A stretch of DNA of 32,000 nucleotides, taken from a bacterium. Its GTDB lineage: Bacteria > UBP7 > UBA6624. How positions within the stretch are numbered: position 1 is the first letter of the stretch; each line of letters opens with the position of its first letter. Where the stretch lies: NCBI GenBank assembly GCA_002716355.1, contig PBAU01000008.1:18457-50456 (forward strand). The letters are read 5' to 3'. The translations under genes were made by a program, and so were the position numbers. This document shows, one piece after another, positions 1 to 8,529 of the stretch. The notes beneath the pieces were generated by a model. The model made no database searches. It was not told the origin of the DNA and was given only the letters and a program-made list of their open reading frames with translations.

Positions 1-2457
1 TTAACCTTTGATGATAGCTCATCCATAATTGATCTTGAAGATATAACCGTAAACAATTTAACTCCAACTGCAGACCTGCAAATAACATCACCAACAACAA
101 ACGAAGTTATAAGGGGAAATGTTTCTATTCAGATTTCTTATCCTCAAGAACTTGGAAATGCAAATTCAATAACCTACCAAGTTGACAACACGCTTCTACA
201 AAGCTGCAATGCAAGTGCAGATGTTTTTTGCATATGGGATTCAACTGGCTCTGAACCAGGCATACACATAATTAAAGTACAAGCGGTTTTCTCTAATCAC
301 ACAGTCTTATCGAGTGTTCCAGTTGTAATTGAATCGTCATCAAATTCGGATGACCTTATCCCTCCAACAATAAACTGGATAAACCCCTCTTCTTCAAATG
401 CACAAGTTTCTGGAATAATATCTTTACAGGTTGAAGCTACTGATAATGTAGGTGTTAATTCAGTTACTTTCATGTCTCGAATACCAGGTGAAAACCCTGT
501 CTCTTTAGGTGAAGGCATAAAGGAATTTGGTGACATCTGGACAATACAGGTAGACACTACACAGACACCCGATAATGTTTATGAAATGATTGCAATAGCA
601 ACTGATTTATCAAATAATCCTAGAATGGAGCCTTTAAATGTTGTTGTTTCAAACTCAACTGGATCAGGAACTCCAAATATAGATCCGCCTTGCGTAAGAA
701 TAATTAATCCAGTTCTTCAAGAGTTTACCTGGGGTGCAAACACTTTTTACACAGTGCCTGATGTGTCAAACACAGTTTCTGTTCTTACAAAATCTCCTGT
801 TCCCTCAGTGCCTGACACGCTTTATTCAGATTGTGGTGAAAATGTAGAGATTGACAAAATTGAATATTACCTTGATGGCGTTCTTCTTGGCCAAAGTTCT
901 GCTGGAGCGGAAAGTTCTTGGGTTTTTTACTGGCCAACTACATTGCTGAACAATGGTTTGTATAACTTAACAGCGATAGCTTACGACACTGAAGGCAACC
1001 CTTCTTCTAGTCCAATTTGTGGTGGTACATTTATAAGCGCCGGTGAGCCTGAAGATTATTTTGCATGTGTCAAAGTAAGAGTTGACAACGGTACAGGTGA
1101 TTTCATTCCTCCTGACGTAACGATACTTGGTAAACTCTCAGATGATGGTACAACTATCGAGCCTTTACAAGGGGCCCAAATCGCAGGAAACCCAACACTT
1201 GTTGCCCAAGCAACAGACAATATTGGAATACAAAAAGTTGAGTTTATTGCAAATGGAGTTGTGATAGATGGATGTACAGATACAAACTTAAGCGATGGTC
1301 CAGACTTAGATGGAGATGGGTCTCCAGATCCTGGACTAGCAACCTGCCTATGGGATACAAGTTTTGAAAATGAAGGGGCAAAAGATTTAATTGCAAAAGC
1401 AACCGACACAAGCGGAAATACAGATTTCTCAGATGTTATTTCTGTAATACTGGTTGACGCAGTTCCTCCAACCTTAACAATGCGAGAATGTGTTCCTGCT
1501 GATGGAACAATAACCTGTTATGCAGGAGAGTATCAATTCTTGAATCCGACATCTTTCTCCATAGGTTACCAAGCTGATGGATTTGACAACAATGCACCTC
1601 CACAACTAACAACATGGCAATGGTTAATGGGAGATGAGGCAAATCCTGCAGACGGACCAACAAACCAAACAGGAACTCATACTTACACGACACTAGATCC
1701 AGCAGCACCGAACTTCTTAGTGGAAGTTGCAATCGTTAACGAATCAGGTTTGCAAGACAATGAACTTGATGATGGAAGCAAATCGTTCTTTGTTGTTTAT
1801 GCACCTAGAGAAATTTGGCCTTTGTCTGTCCCGCAAGATAGCCTGGACTGTAAATTAGATTGGCCTTCAGTATCTGATGATGCAACACCTGATTGCCCTG
1901 TTGGAAATGCTCTTTTTGCAACTGCTGGTGCACCAGTCGTAATAAGAAACATACACACAGCACTGCAAAGAACTGTACCTGACGACAAATTCAGAGGACA
2001 GGTTATAGTCATGCAATTCTTTACCAAGGATGAAACAACTGCTGTAAATGACATGAACAATCACTTCTTGCCTTATTTTGAATCATCAGGATTCCCTGCT
2101 TCAAGTGTTGAATTAATATCAATTGGCTTGAATAAAGATCCTGTATCAGAAAACGATTCCTTCATAGGTGTTGATGACCTTGGTTCATGGCATACCGCAA
2201 ATGGCTATAACTGGACATTTGTATGGGATGAAGACAATCTTCTTTTGGAACAATATAACGGCTTCTTTGAAGGTGGTGAAGGATGGGCTGGAGGTATTGA
2301 GCCTAGATATCTGATAATGGATAGAAACCATTTTGTAAGACTTGTTGATCAAGGTTCATTGGACGGAATCACTGGAGCTGGCGGATCTTTGGATGAGCTG
2401 CTTGAAACGTTGTGGCCATGTTTTGGAAATCCCAATTGTGTTACTAGGTTAGATTAA
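1..2457 (+). CDS. Large exported repeat protein, 5'-truncated by the window edge: at least 4 Ig-like repeats, a PKD-like domain and a C-terminal CXXC-less thioredoxin-fold (TlpA-like) domain
   Basis: Frame 1 is open from nt 1. I translated 1-471 (LTFDDSSSIIDLEDITVNNL...GVNSVTF) and found no stop, so the track's Met at 472 is internal. A module recurs roughly every 90-100 aa: PP(T/D/C)(I/V)..., then (L/V)xAxATDNxG(V/I)xxVxF, then A(T/Y)DxxGN. WQWLMGDE...GTHTYT...FLVEVAIVNESG is PKD-like. The tail FRGQVIVMQFFTKDETTA...ELISIGLN...EPRYLIMDRNHFVRLV parallels the TlpA domain of the gene at 15300. Confidence 0.8.
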   Translation, partial: LTFDDSSSIIDLEDITVNNLTPTADLQITSPTTNEVIRGNVSIQISYPQELGNANSITYQVDNTLLQSCNASADVFCIWDSTGSEPGIHIIKVQAVFSNHTVLSSVPVVIESSSNSDDLIPPTINWINPSSSNAQVSGIISLQVEATDNVGVNSVTFMSRIPGENPVSLGEGIKEFGDIWTIQVDTTQTPDNVYEMIAIATDLSNNPRMEPLNVVVSNSTGSGTPNIDPPCVRIINPVLQEFTWGANTFYTVPDVSNTVSVLTKSPVPSVPDTLYSDCGENVEIDKIEYYLDGVLLGQSSAGAESSWVFYWPTTLLNNGLYNLTAIAYDTEGNPSSSPICGGTFISAGEPEDYFACVKVRVDNGTGDFIPPDVTILGKLSDDGTTIEPLQGAQIAGNPTLVAQATDNIGIQKVEFIANGVVIDGCTDTNLSDGPDLDGDGSPDPGLATCLWDTSFENEGAKDLIAKATDTSGNTDFSDVISVILVDAVPPTLTMRECVPADGTITCYAGEYQFLNPTSFSIGYQADGFDNNAPPQLTTWQWLMGDEANPADGPTNQTGTHTYTTLDPAAPNFLVEVAIVNESGLQDNELDDGSKSFFVVYAPREIWPLSVPQDSLDCKLDWPSVSDDATPDCPVGNALFATAGAPVVIRNIHTALQRTVPDDKFRGQVIVMQFFTKDETTAVNDMNNHFLPYFESSGFPASSVELISIGLNKDPVSENDSFIGVDDLGSWHTANGYNWTFVWDEDNLLLEQYNGFFEGGEGWAGGIEPRYLIMDRNHFVRLVDQGSLDGITGAGGSLDELLETLWPCFGNPNCVTRLD

Positions 2458-2463
2458 ATGTAT

Positions 2464-2494
2464 ATATGGATTGCCTATAGCAGGCAATCCATAT
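2464..2494. terminator. Bidirectional stem-loop between convergent genes
   Basis: Perfect 13-bp inverted repeat atatggattgcct (2464-2476) / aggcaatccatat (2482-2494) with a 5-nt loop atagc. It lies 7 nt after the + strand stop and overlaps the - strand stop codon at 2494-2496. Confidence 0.6.
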
Positions 2495-3573
2495 TAATCC
2501 TTGTTGATAAAATCACTAATCAAACAATGGAAATGATGTACACCCTTTTCCATCTTTGGAGAAAATCTTCCATGTTCATAAAACCTTGAAAGAACACCTT
2601 TTTGAACACTTTCAACAATCTCTTCATCTTCAAGTTCAACTTTCTCCAAACTTGCACCAGCCCCCAAGTCCAATTTTTCTTCTTTCCAAACATATGATTT
2701 AAATTCAACTTTTGTCTTATTGACAGAGATAGGCTTAACAATATTGATAGATAATCCCCAAGGGTAAAAATTCAACATGGTATTTGGGAACAACCAAAAA
2801 TAATAAGCTGCTATATTTTTTCCATAATCAATAGAATCTTTCGGAAGATCAAAACAATCACTCTCATCTTTACCGACTCCAACCTGAAGGCTTGAATACG
2901 GAAATAACTCAATATGATAATCCTGATGTTTCAAAACTGCAGAAAGTCCCTTATGGACAAAAGGACAATGGAAACATTCAAGATAATTATCACAATACAA
3001 AGCCCAATTTGCATCCACTGTGTATTCTTTAGATAAATCTTCCCTATAAGAAAAATCCTCTATTGGCATCCACCCCACTCTTGCTTCAATATCATTCACC
3101 AAACGATCAAAAGAAAAAGAAGGCTCTAAAGAGGCAAAAATAAACTGTTTCCATTTTTTTGTAGAAACTTTTGAAAGATTATCTCTCTCTGAAGGAAAAT
3201 CCTGCATGTCTTTCGTTTCAGGCATAGACAAAAACTTGCCGCATGAATCAAATCTCCTCCCATGGTATTTGCAAAATATGGATTTACCAATATTGCAAGG
3301 CTCTTCTAAAAGTAAATTTCCACGATGTGTACAGACATTTGAAAAACAATCTATATCCTTATTTTTTACAAGGAAAAGAGGCTCTTTTATAAAATCATCT
3401 AAAAATCTAAAAGGAAAAACATCTTTTTCCGATTTGATGTTTGATTCATGGGTAACCAATTGCCAACTTTTCTCAAAAATATCTTTTTTTACTTTGAAAA
3501 AAAAATCTTCAGAGGAGTAGAAAGAACCTGGCAAGGTAAAAGCTTTTGTTATATCTTTATCAATCCTTTTCAT
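2494..3573 (-). CDS. Rieske [2Fe-2S] non-heme iron oxygenase alpha subunit, choline-monooxygenase/GbcA-like
   Basis: Rieske motif CTHRG...CKYHGRRF. Mononuclear iron motif DNYLECFHCPFVH (D..E..H-x4-H). Length of 359 aa is typical. ATG at 3573. Confidence 0.85.
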   Translation of the reverse strand: MKRIDKDITKAFTLPGSFYSSEDFFFKVKKDIFEKSWQLVTHESNIKSEKDVFPFRFLDDFIKEPLFLVKNKDIDCFSNVCTHRGNLLLEEPCNIGKSIFCKYHGRRFDSCGKFLSMPETKDMQDFPSERDNLSKVSTKKWKQFIFASLEPSFSFDRLVNDIEARVGWMPIEDFSYREDLSKEYTVDANWALYCDNYLECFHCPFVHKGLSAVLKHQDYHIELFPYSSLQVGVGKDESDCFDLPKDSIDYGKNIAAYYFWLFPNTMLNFYPWGLSINIVKPISVNKTKVEFKSYVWKEEKLDLGAGASLEKVELEDEEIVESVQKGVLSRFYEHGRFSPKMEKGVHHFHCLISDFINKD

Positions 3574-3585
3574 AAAGGCGAAGAC

Positions 3586-3661
3586 TGGTGGAGACTGCGG
3601 GATTCGAACCCGCCACCTCCTGCTTGCAAAGCAGGCGCTCTACCGAATGAGCTAAGTCCCC
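3586..3661 (-). tRNA. tRNA-Ala (anticodon UGC), CCA encoded
   Basis: Reverse complement reads GGGGACTTAGCTCATTCGGTAGAGCGCCTGCTTTGCAAGCAGGAGGTGGCGGGTTCGAATCCCGCAGTCTCCACCA. It folds as a cloverleaf. The anticodon loop is TT-TGC-AA. The G3:U70 alanine identity pair is present in the acceptor stem. Confidence 0.95.
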
Positions 3662-4305
3662 GTTTGTTGACCGATTACGGATTCTAACCAAGTTTTGAAC
3701 CATAGTCTCCCCATTCCAGCATCTGTCCTTTCTGGATGCCACTGAACAGCATTCCATAATCCGCTTTCACTAAGAAATGCTTCAATAAGGCCATCATCTG
3801 AATAAGCTGTGGCAAAAAGGCTTTCACCAAGAGTCCTTAAGCCTTGATGATGATGGCTTTTAACATAAAAATTACCATTTTCAGACTTAATCAAATGAAT
3901 AGTATCAGTTGATTTTTCTACAGAATCATCTCTATGTATCTTCAAATCAAAATCCCCATCTTTTATATCTGCCCACAACTTACCACCACGAAAAACATTC
4001 ATAACCTGAAAACCCCTACACACACCAAGTATTGGCTTGTTTTGTGAAAGAGCCTTATCGATAATGTCAAATTCAAGATCATCTCTGTCCTTTTTGACTC
4101 CATCAATCTTCTTTTCGGGATTTTTACACATGTATGCTCCCATCTCTACTGCCACATCTCCGCCGCCGCTTAAAACTATTAAAGGGTATTTTGAAACATC
4201 ATTTGCATCCGTTATCCTCACAGCTCTCAAACCAAACTCCTCAAGCCATAAGGCATATTTGTCAAGATACTTATCGTCAGATAACGTTATTGCAACTTCA
4301 ATCAT
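3652..4305 (-). CDS. Class-I glutamine amidotransferase, peptidase C26 (gamma-glutamyl hydrolase / PuuD-like) family
   Basis: Nucleophile elbow ILGVCRGFQVMN, HHHQG and VQWHPE (catalytic His/Glu region). The last 10 nt overlap the 5' end of tRNA-Ala. ATGA overlap with the upstream gene. Confidence 0.8.
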   Translation of the reverse strand: MIEVAITLSDDKYLDKYALWLEEFGLRAVRITDANDVSKYPLIVLSGGGDVAVEMGAYMCKNPEKKIDGVKKDRDDLEFDIIDKALSQNKPILGVCRGFQVMNVFRGGKLWADIKDGDFDLKIHRDDSVEKSTDTIHLIKSENGNFYVKSHHHQGLRTLGESLFATAYSDDGLIEAFLSESGLWNAVQWHPERTDAGMGRLWFKTWLESVIGQQTGT

Positions 4306-4562
4306 TTTTTCTTTGAATCTTTAGAAGGTATTTTTTTGTCTGGTTTTTTAGCGGGAGAGTTTTTTACTGAGGAACTGGAGCTCCTATTATCACTCACATA
4401 AAAACCACTACCCTTAAAGACAACTCCCATTCTTTTCGTGAACTGCTTTTCCCAATCTGGCTTATCGCATTTGGGACATCCTGCCTCAAGCTTTTGATTT
4501 GGGGAAACCAGGAATTCTTGAATATGTCCACAAGTGTTGCATTTGAAGTTAAAAAGAGGCAT
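4302..4562 (-). CDS. FmdB-family zinc-ribbon putative regulatory protein with a Ser/Lys-rich tail
   Basis: MPLFNFKCNTCGH...GCPKCD gives two CxxC pairs at the N-terminus, followed by GSGFY. This is the typical FmdB/CxxC_CxxC_SSSS layout (SSSSS is present). Confidence 0.75.
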   Translation of the reverse strand: MPLFNFKCNTCGHIQEFLVSPNQKLEAGCPKCDKPDWEKQFTKRMGVVFKGSGFYVSDNRSSSSSVKNSPAKKPDKKIPSKDSKKK

Positions 4563-4587
4563 GTTTGTTTTAAAAATTTCTTATCAT

Positions 4588-4968
4588 TTAAATTAGATCC
4601 TTGTCTTCATCAAGAAGATCGAAACCATAGTCCATATATTTTACAATGGCACCCTTTTTGCCCTTTTCGTGCTTTTCCTTGTTGACGAGCTCTTTCATTA
4701 TTGAAACGAACTTCTTCATTTCCCTTCTCAACTTCTTTTCCCTTCTTCTCATTTTCAAGACAATTTCAACACCAGCAAGATTGACTCCCATATCCCTAGT
4801 GAGAGTCATGATAGCCTTGATATCATCAACATCAGCATCAGTATACATCCTCGCTCTGCCTTTTCGTTTTGGAACTATTAAACCCTTAACTTCATAGTTT
4901 CTCAATGTTTGGGGATGAATGTTAAGCAATTCAGCAACAACACTTATTGGATAAAAGAGATCACTCAT
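4588..4968 (-). CDS. hspR: MerR-family heat-shock repressor HspR
   Basis: HTH segment [28 protein letters not shown]...[12 protein letters not shown]...[11 protein letters not shown] resembles actinobacterial and epsilonproteobacterial HspR. It is the last gene of a dnaK-grpE-dnaJ operon and overlaps dnaJ by ATGA. Confidence 0.85.
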   Translation of the reverse strand: MSDLFYPISVVAELLNIHPQTLRNYEVKGLIVPKRKGRARMYTDADVDDIKAIMTLTRDMGVNLAGVEIVLKMRRREKKLRREMKKFVSIMKELVNKEKHEKGKKGAIVKYMDYGFDLLDEDKDLI

Positions 4969-6089
4969 CTTGGCCTCCTAAACCTGTCTTTTACTTTTGG
5001 CAATAAGGAATTTAATTTTTCAACAATTGTTTTGATGTTCTTGTTGATCCTGCCTACAGGATGTGCCCTGAGTCTTAAATTTAAATCACCCCTTCCATTT
5101 CCTCTTAACCTGGGAAAACCCTGCCCTTTAACCCTGATGATATCACCATCTCTTGAGCCACCAGGAATCTTAACGTTGACCTTTCTTTCACCAGGAAGAA
5201 CAATATCAAGACCTACACCTAAGAATAATTCAGGCATAGTCAAGATTGCATCAACAATAAGATCATCTTCTTCTCTCAAAAAAAGCCTATCATTGTTTTC
5301 ATTGACCACAACATAAAGATCTCCATTTGGACCACCTTTGATACCGCTGTGACCTTTTTTAGTGTATCTAATCTTGCTACCACTTCTTATACCTGCAGGA
5401 ATCTTTATTGAAATTTTTTCATTCCTGGCAACTCTTCCTTGGCCTCTGCAAGAAAAACAAGGATCATGTATCCTTCCCAAGCCTTGACATTTGCCACAAG
5501 TACTCTGCACTCTCATGAAACCCATGCTCCTAGTTATGTTTCCAGTTCCTTTGCACGTGTTGCATGTTTTCGGTGTTGTGTTTGGCTTTGTCCCAGAGCC
5601 TGAACATTCACCACATGTTGTGTATCTTTTAATCGTTATATCCTCTTCAACACCTGACTCAATCTCTTCAAAAGATAAATTTTTGCTGAAGACCAAATCC
5701 TCTCCCCTCCTAGAAGCACTCCTTCTTCTTGATTGAGATCTTCCAGAAAATCCACCACCAAAAAAAGTATCAAATATATCATCAATTCCTAAGTTTGAAA
5801 ACATCTCTCCAAAATCTTCCATGTTGACTCCAGCTTGTGAGGCTGGACCACCAGGCTGGAAAGCAGCCATGCCATATTTATCATAAAGATCTTTTTTCTT
5901 TGAATCGGAAAGTATCTGATAAGCTTGTGATATTTTTTTAAATCTATCCTCAGCTTCAGGATCACCAGGGTTTACATCAGGATGATGTTTTCTTGCAAGT
6001 TTCCTGTAAGCTTTCTTGAGCTCTTTTTCAGTTGCATTTTGAGAAACACCTAATCTCTCATATAAATTATCGCTATTTATATTTGTCAA
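4965..6089 (-). CDS. dnaJ: Chaperone DnaJ (Hsp40)
   Basis: J domain with HPD ([16 protein letters not shown]), a G/F region (FFGGGFSG) and four CxxCxGxG zinc-finger repeats ([32 protein letters not shown]). Confidence 0.96.
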   Translation of the reverse strand: MTNINSDNLYERLGVSQNATEKELKKAYRKLARKHHPDVNPGDPEAEDRFKKISQAYQILSDSKKKDLYDKYGMAAFQPGGPASQAGVNMEDFGEMFSNLGIDDIFDTFFGGGFSGRSQSRRRSASRRGEDLVFSKNLSFEEIESGVEEDITIKRYTTCGECSGSGTKPNTTPKTCNTCKGTGNITRSMGFMRVQSTCGKCQGLGRIHDPCFSCRGQGRVARNEKISIKIPAGIRSGSKIRYTKKGHSGIKGGPNGDLYVVVNENNDRLFLREEDDLIVDAILTMPELFLGVGLDIVLPGERKVNVKIPGGSRDGDIIRVKGQGFPRLRGNGRGDLNLRLRAHPVGRINKNIKTIVEKLNSLLPKVKDRFRRPR

Positions 6090-6565
6090 ATCTTTCTTCC
6101 TTCTGAAATTTCAACCATCGCTGGCTTCAAAAGATTGCCGTCCAAAAGGTATCCCTTTCTTAAAATCTTAGAAACGTATTTCCCTTTCCCTTTTACAGCC
6201 TGGTGGAAAGAAGGATTAAACTCATCTGACTCAACCTCTTCAACCCCTAAGCCTTTTAATCTATTTAACAACTCATCTCGTATCATCTCAAGCCCTTCAC
6301 TGTCTTTTGAAAATTCTAGAGCACGTTCTAAAGATTCAATTGAATCAATTAGAGCAAGGGCTCCATCAGTCTTACCTTTTCTAAAACTTTCCTTAATTTG
6401 GATGTCTTTTCTCCTAACAGCATTTGCCTCTTCAGATTTAACTGCAATGTATTTCTTTTGTGCATCCTTGGCTAAACCGAGAGCCCAAGCAAGGGCTTCA
6501 TCGGTTTTAGCCTTATTCATCCACTGCTTAATTAAAACCTGAGGCTTTCTGAGGTTATTCTTCAC
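6086..6565 (-). CDS. grpE: Nucleotide exchange factor GrpE (short form)
   Basis: C-terminal GrpE signature FNPSFHQAV...[16 protein letters not shown]. Sits between dnaK and dnaJ. The start at 6565 is GTG and overlaps dnaK by 11 nt. An internal ATG at 6520 is an alternative start. Confidence 0.85.
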   Translation of the reverse strand: MKNNLRKPQVLIKQWMNKAKTDEALAWALGLAKDAQKKYIAVKSEEANAVRRKDIQIKESFRKGKTDGALALIDSIESLERALEFSKDSEGLEMIRDELLNRLKGLGVEEVESDEFNPSFHQAVKGKGKYVSKILRKGYLLDGNLLKPAMVEISEGRKI

Positions 6566-8360
6566 CTTCTATAACTTCCTCGTTTTCTTGGTCTGAAACT
6601 GGTTCACCACTAACATCTTCATTCTCACCTGATTCAGGCTGAATAGTTTGAGCAAAAGCCATTGCAGCTTTCTGAAGATCCTCTATTGCTGTTTTTTTTG
6701 TGTCAATATCCTCTAAACCTAATGCTGATTTTGCACTTTCTATAGCTTTTTCAAGCTCTTGAACCACATCTTCAGTGGCTTTTTCTTTGTTCTCCTCAAG
6801 CATTGATTCTGTTTGCCAAATCACTGAATCCAAATTATTATGAATTTCAACAGATTCTTTTTTTGCCTTATCTTCCTCAGCATACTTTTCAGCATCTTCA
6901 ATCTTTTGTTGGACATCATCTTCAGTCAATGATGTTGATCCTGTAATTTGAATCTTCTGAGATTTTCCAGTTTTTTTATCTGTAGCCTCTACGTTTAAAA
7001 GACCGTTGGCATCAATCTTGAACGCAACTTCAATCTGAGGAATTCCTCTTTTAGCTGGAAGTATACCGACTAATTTAAATCTGCCAAGAGTTACATTATC
7101 ATTTGCCATTTTCCTTTCACCTTGAAGAACATGGATTTCAACCTCTGGTTGATTGTCAGCAGCTGTAGAAAATATTTCTTTATGCTCTGTAGGCACGGGA
7201 GAATTTCTTTTTATCATCGGTGTCATAACCCCACCTAATGTTTCTATTCCCAAACTTAAAGGTGTCACATCAATCAAAAGAATATTTTTCTCGTCGGTAG
7301 AATCTGGATCCAAAACATTACCTTGAATTGCTGCACCAGAGGCAACAACTTCATCAGGGTTAACACTTCTTTCTGGAGATTTCCCAAAGATTTTCTTACA
7401 TAAATCCTGTACTTTTGGTATTCGTGTTGAACCTCCAACCAAAATTACCTTATCTATATCAGAAGAAGAAACGCCTGCATCTTTCATTGCATTTTCGCAA
7501 GGTTTAACTAGTCTTTTCATAACAACATCTGAAATTTTCTCAAATTCAGACCTTGTTAAAGTTGCCTTAAGGTGAAGCCCTTCATGCAAATAAGGCAAAT
7601 TAATCTGGCTTGATGGGACTGAACTTAAGTCTTTTTTAGACTTTTCAGCAGCCTCAAGAACCCTTGCCCAAGCTGTCTTGTCCTTTCTTAAATCGATCTT
7701 ATGCTCGGCATAAAATTTATCCGCTATCCAATCCGCAACTAAATCATCTATATCAGCTCCACCCAGTTTGGTGTGACCATTAGTTGCCTTTACCTCAAAA
7801 ACACCATCACTTATCTCAAGCACAGTTACATCAAAAGTACCTCCTCCAAAGTCAAAAACAGCAATCGTTTCATCAATATCTTCTTTATCAAGACCATAAG
7901 CTAACGCTGCTGCGGTTGGTTCATTAATAATTCTTTCCACCTCTAATCCAGCTATTTCAGCAGCTTGCTTTGTTGCCTTTCTTTGGCTATCATTGAAATA
8001 AGCAGGAACAGTAACGACTGCCTTCTTCACCTCACCACCCAAGTACGTAGAAGCATCTGCTTTGAGCTTCATTAACACTTTTGCTGAAATTTCTTGTGGC
8101 GTTAAATCTTTGCCATCAATAGAAAACTTCTTTGAAGTCCCCATATGTCTTTTTGCATTTGCTATTGTTCTTTCTGCGGCTATCGTCATTGCTGCAACTG
8201 CCTGATCTCCAACTAAAATTTCTCCATCTTCTTGAAAAGAAACAACGGAAGGAGTCACCCTTCCACCCTCTGCATTTGGAATGATCTCCGATCTTCCATT
8301 TAAAAATACGGACATGCAAGAATTTGTTGTCCCTAGGTCAATTCCTATAATTTTTGTCAT
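6555..8360 (-). CDS. dnaK: Chaperone DnaK (Hsp70)
   Basis: IIGIDLGTTNS, VTVPAYFND, DFGGGTFDV and VILVGGSTRIP motifs. I place the start at the ATG at 8360 (MTKIIGIDLG), because GGAGG (8369-8373) lies 8 nt upstream. The track's start at 8375 is a TTG inside that RBS. Confidence 0.97.
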   Translation of the reverse strand: MTKIIGIDLGTTNSCMSVFLNGRSEIIPNAEGGRVTPSVVSFQEDGEILVGDQAVAAMTIAAERTIANAKRHMGTSKKFSIDGKDLTPQEISAKVLMKLKADASTYLGGEVKKAVVTVPAYFNDSQRKATKQAAEIAGLEVERIINEPTAAALAYGLDKEDIDETIAVFDFGGGTFDVTVLEISDGVFEVKATNGHTKLGGADIDDLVADWIADKFYAEHKIDLRKDKTAWARVLEAAEKSKKDLSSVPSSQINLPYLHEGLHLKATLTRSEFEKISDVVMKRLVKPCENAMKDAGVSSSDIDKVILVGGSTRIPKVQDLCKKIFGKSPERSVNPDEVVASGAAIQGNVLDPDSTDEKNILLIDVTPLSLGIETLGGVMTPMIKRNSPVPTEHKEIFSTAADNQPEVEIHVLQGERKMANDNVTLGRFKLVGILPAKRGIPQIEVAFKIDANGLLNVEATDKKTGKSQKIQITGSTSLTEDDVQQKIEDAEKYAEEDKAKKESVEIHNNLDSVIWQTESMLEENKEKATEDVVQELEKAIESAKSALGLEDIDTKKTAIEDLQKAAMAFAQTIQPESGENEDVSGEPVSDQENEEVIEGEE

Positions 8361-8405
8361 AATTTTTTCCTCCAAAATATTTAAATGTTAATTAAAACAA
8401 AGCAC

Positions 8406-8435
8406 ATTATACATGAATTAGTGTTAATTTGTAAA
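8406..8435 (-). promoter_or_regulatory. Candidate sigma70-type promoter of the dnaK operon
   Basis: On the minus strand: TTTACA (8435-8430), an 18-nt spacer, then TATAAT (8411-8406). This lies about 45 nt upstream of the dnaK ATG. Confidence 0.45.
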
Positions 8436-8485
8436 TTTAATTTAGTCCCTTCTTATAAATTTAATTTAGTCTCTTCTTATAAATT
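8432..8485. repeat. 24-bp direct tandem repeat, 2 full copies plus a 6-nt partial third copy
   Basis: taaatttaatttagtcCcttctta (8432-8455) and taaatttaatttagtcTcttctta (8456-8479), then taaatt (8480-8485). There is one mismatch. It lies in the divergent dnaK / 8530 intergenic region and overlaps the candidate -35. Confidence 0.9.
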
Positions 8486-8529
8486 AAAAAAACAAGTTTA
8501 ACTCTTCAGAAAAGATTAAAATTAAAACA

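Noticed and set aside
3586-3661. tRNA genes (Ala at 3586, Leu at 20852) as integration sites for a mobile element or genomic island
   Set aside because: There is no integrase or recombinase, I saw no direct repeat of either tRNA 3' end elsewhere in the window, and the flanking genes are housekeeping genes with the same composition.
3448-3757. ORFs at 3448-3687 (+) and 3560-3757 (-) spanning the tRNA-Ala region
   Set aside because: Both overlap the tRNA-Ala gene and the ends of well-supported CDSs. Their conserved-looking stretch is simply the translated tRNA.
8361-8375. Track start of dnaK at 8375 (MEEKIM...) and of the lipoprotein at 25864 (MEVKKM...)
   Set aside because: Both are TTG codons embedded in a TTGGAGG sequence whose GGAGG is ideally spaced (8-9 nt) from the next ATG. 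The internal ATGs at 8360 and 25849 give canonical N-termini (MTKIIGIDLG; MKKILLL...C lipobox).
8432-8485. Tandem repeats at 8432, 15636 and 31915 as possible CRISPR arrays
   Set aside because: The copies are directly adjacent with no spacers, two of the three repeats are in-frame within CDSs, and no cas genes are present.
8492-8506. ACAAGT-TTA-ACTCTT imperfect dyad as a degenerate HAIR (HspR operator)
   Set aside because: Only 5 of 6 positions are complementary, the spacing of 3 nt is wrong compared with 7, and the half-sites differ from CTTGAGT. It is too weak to call without a matrix scan or binding data.
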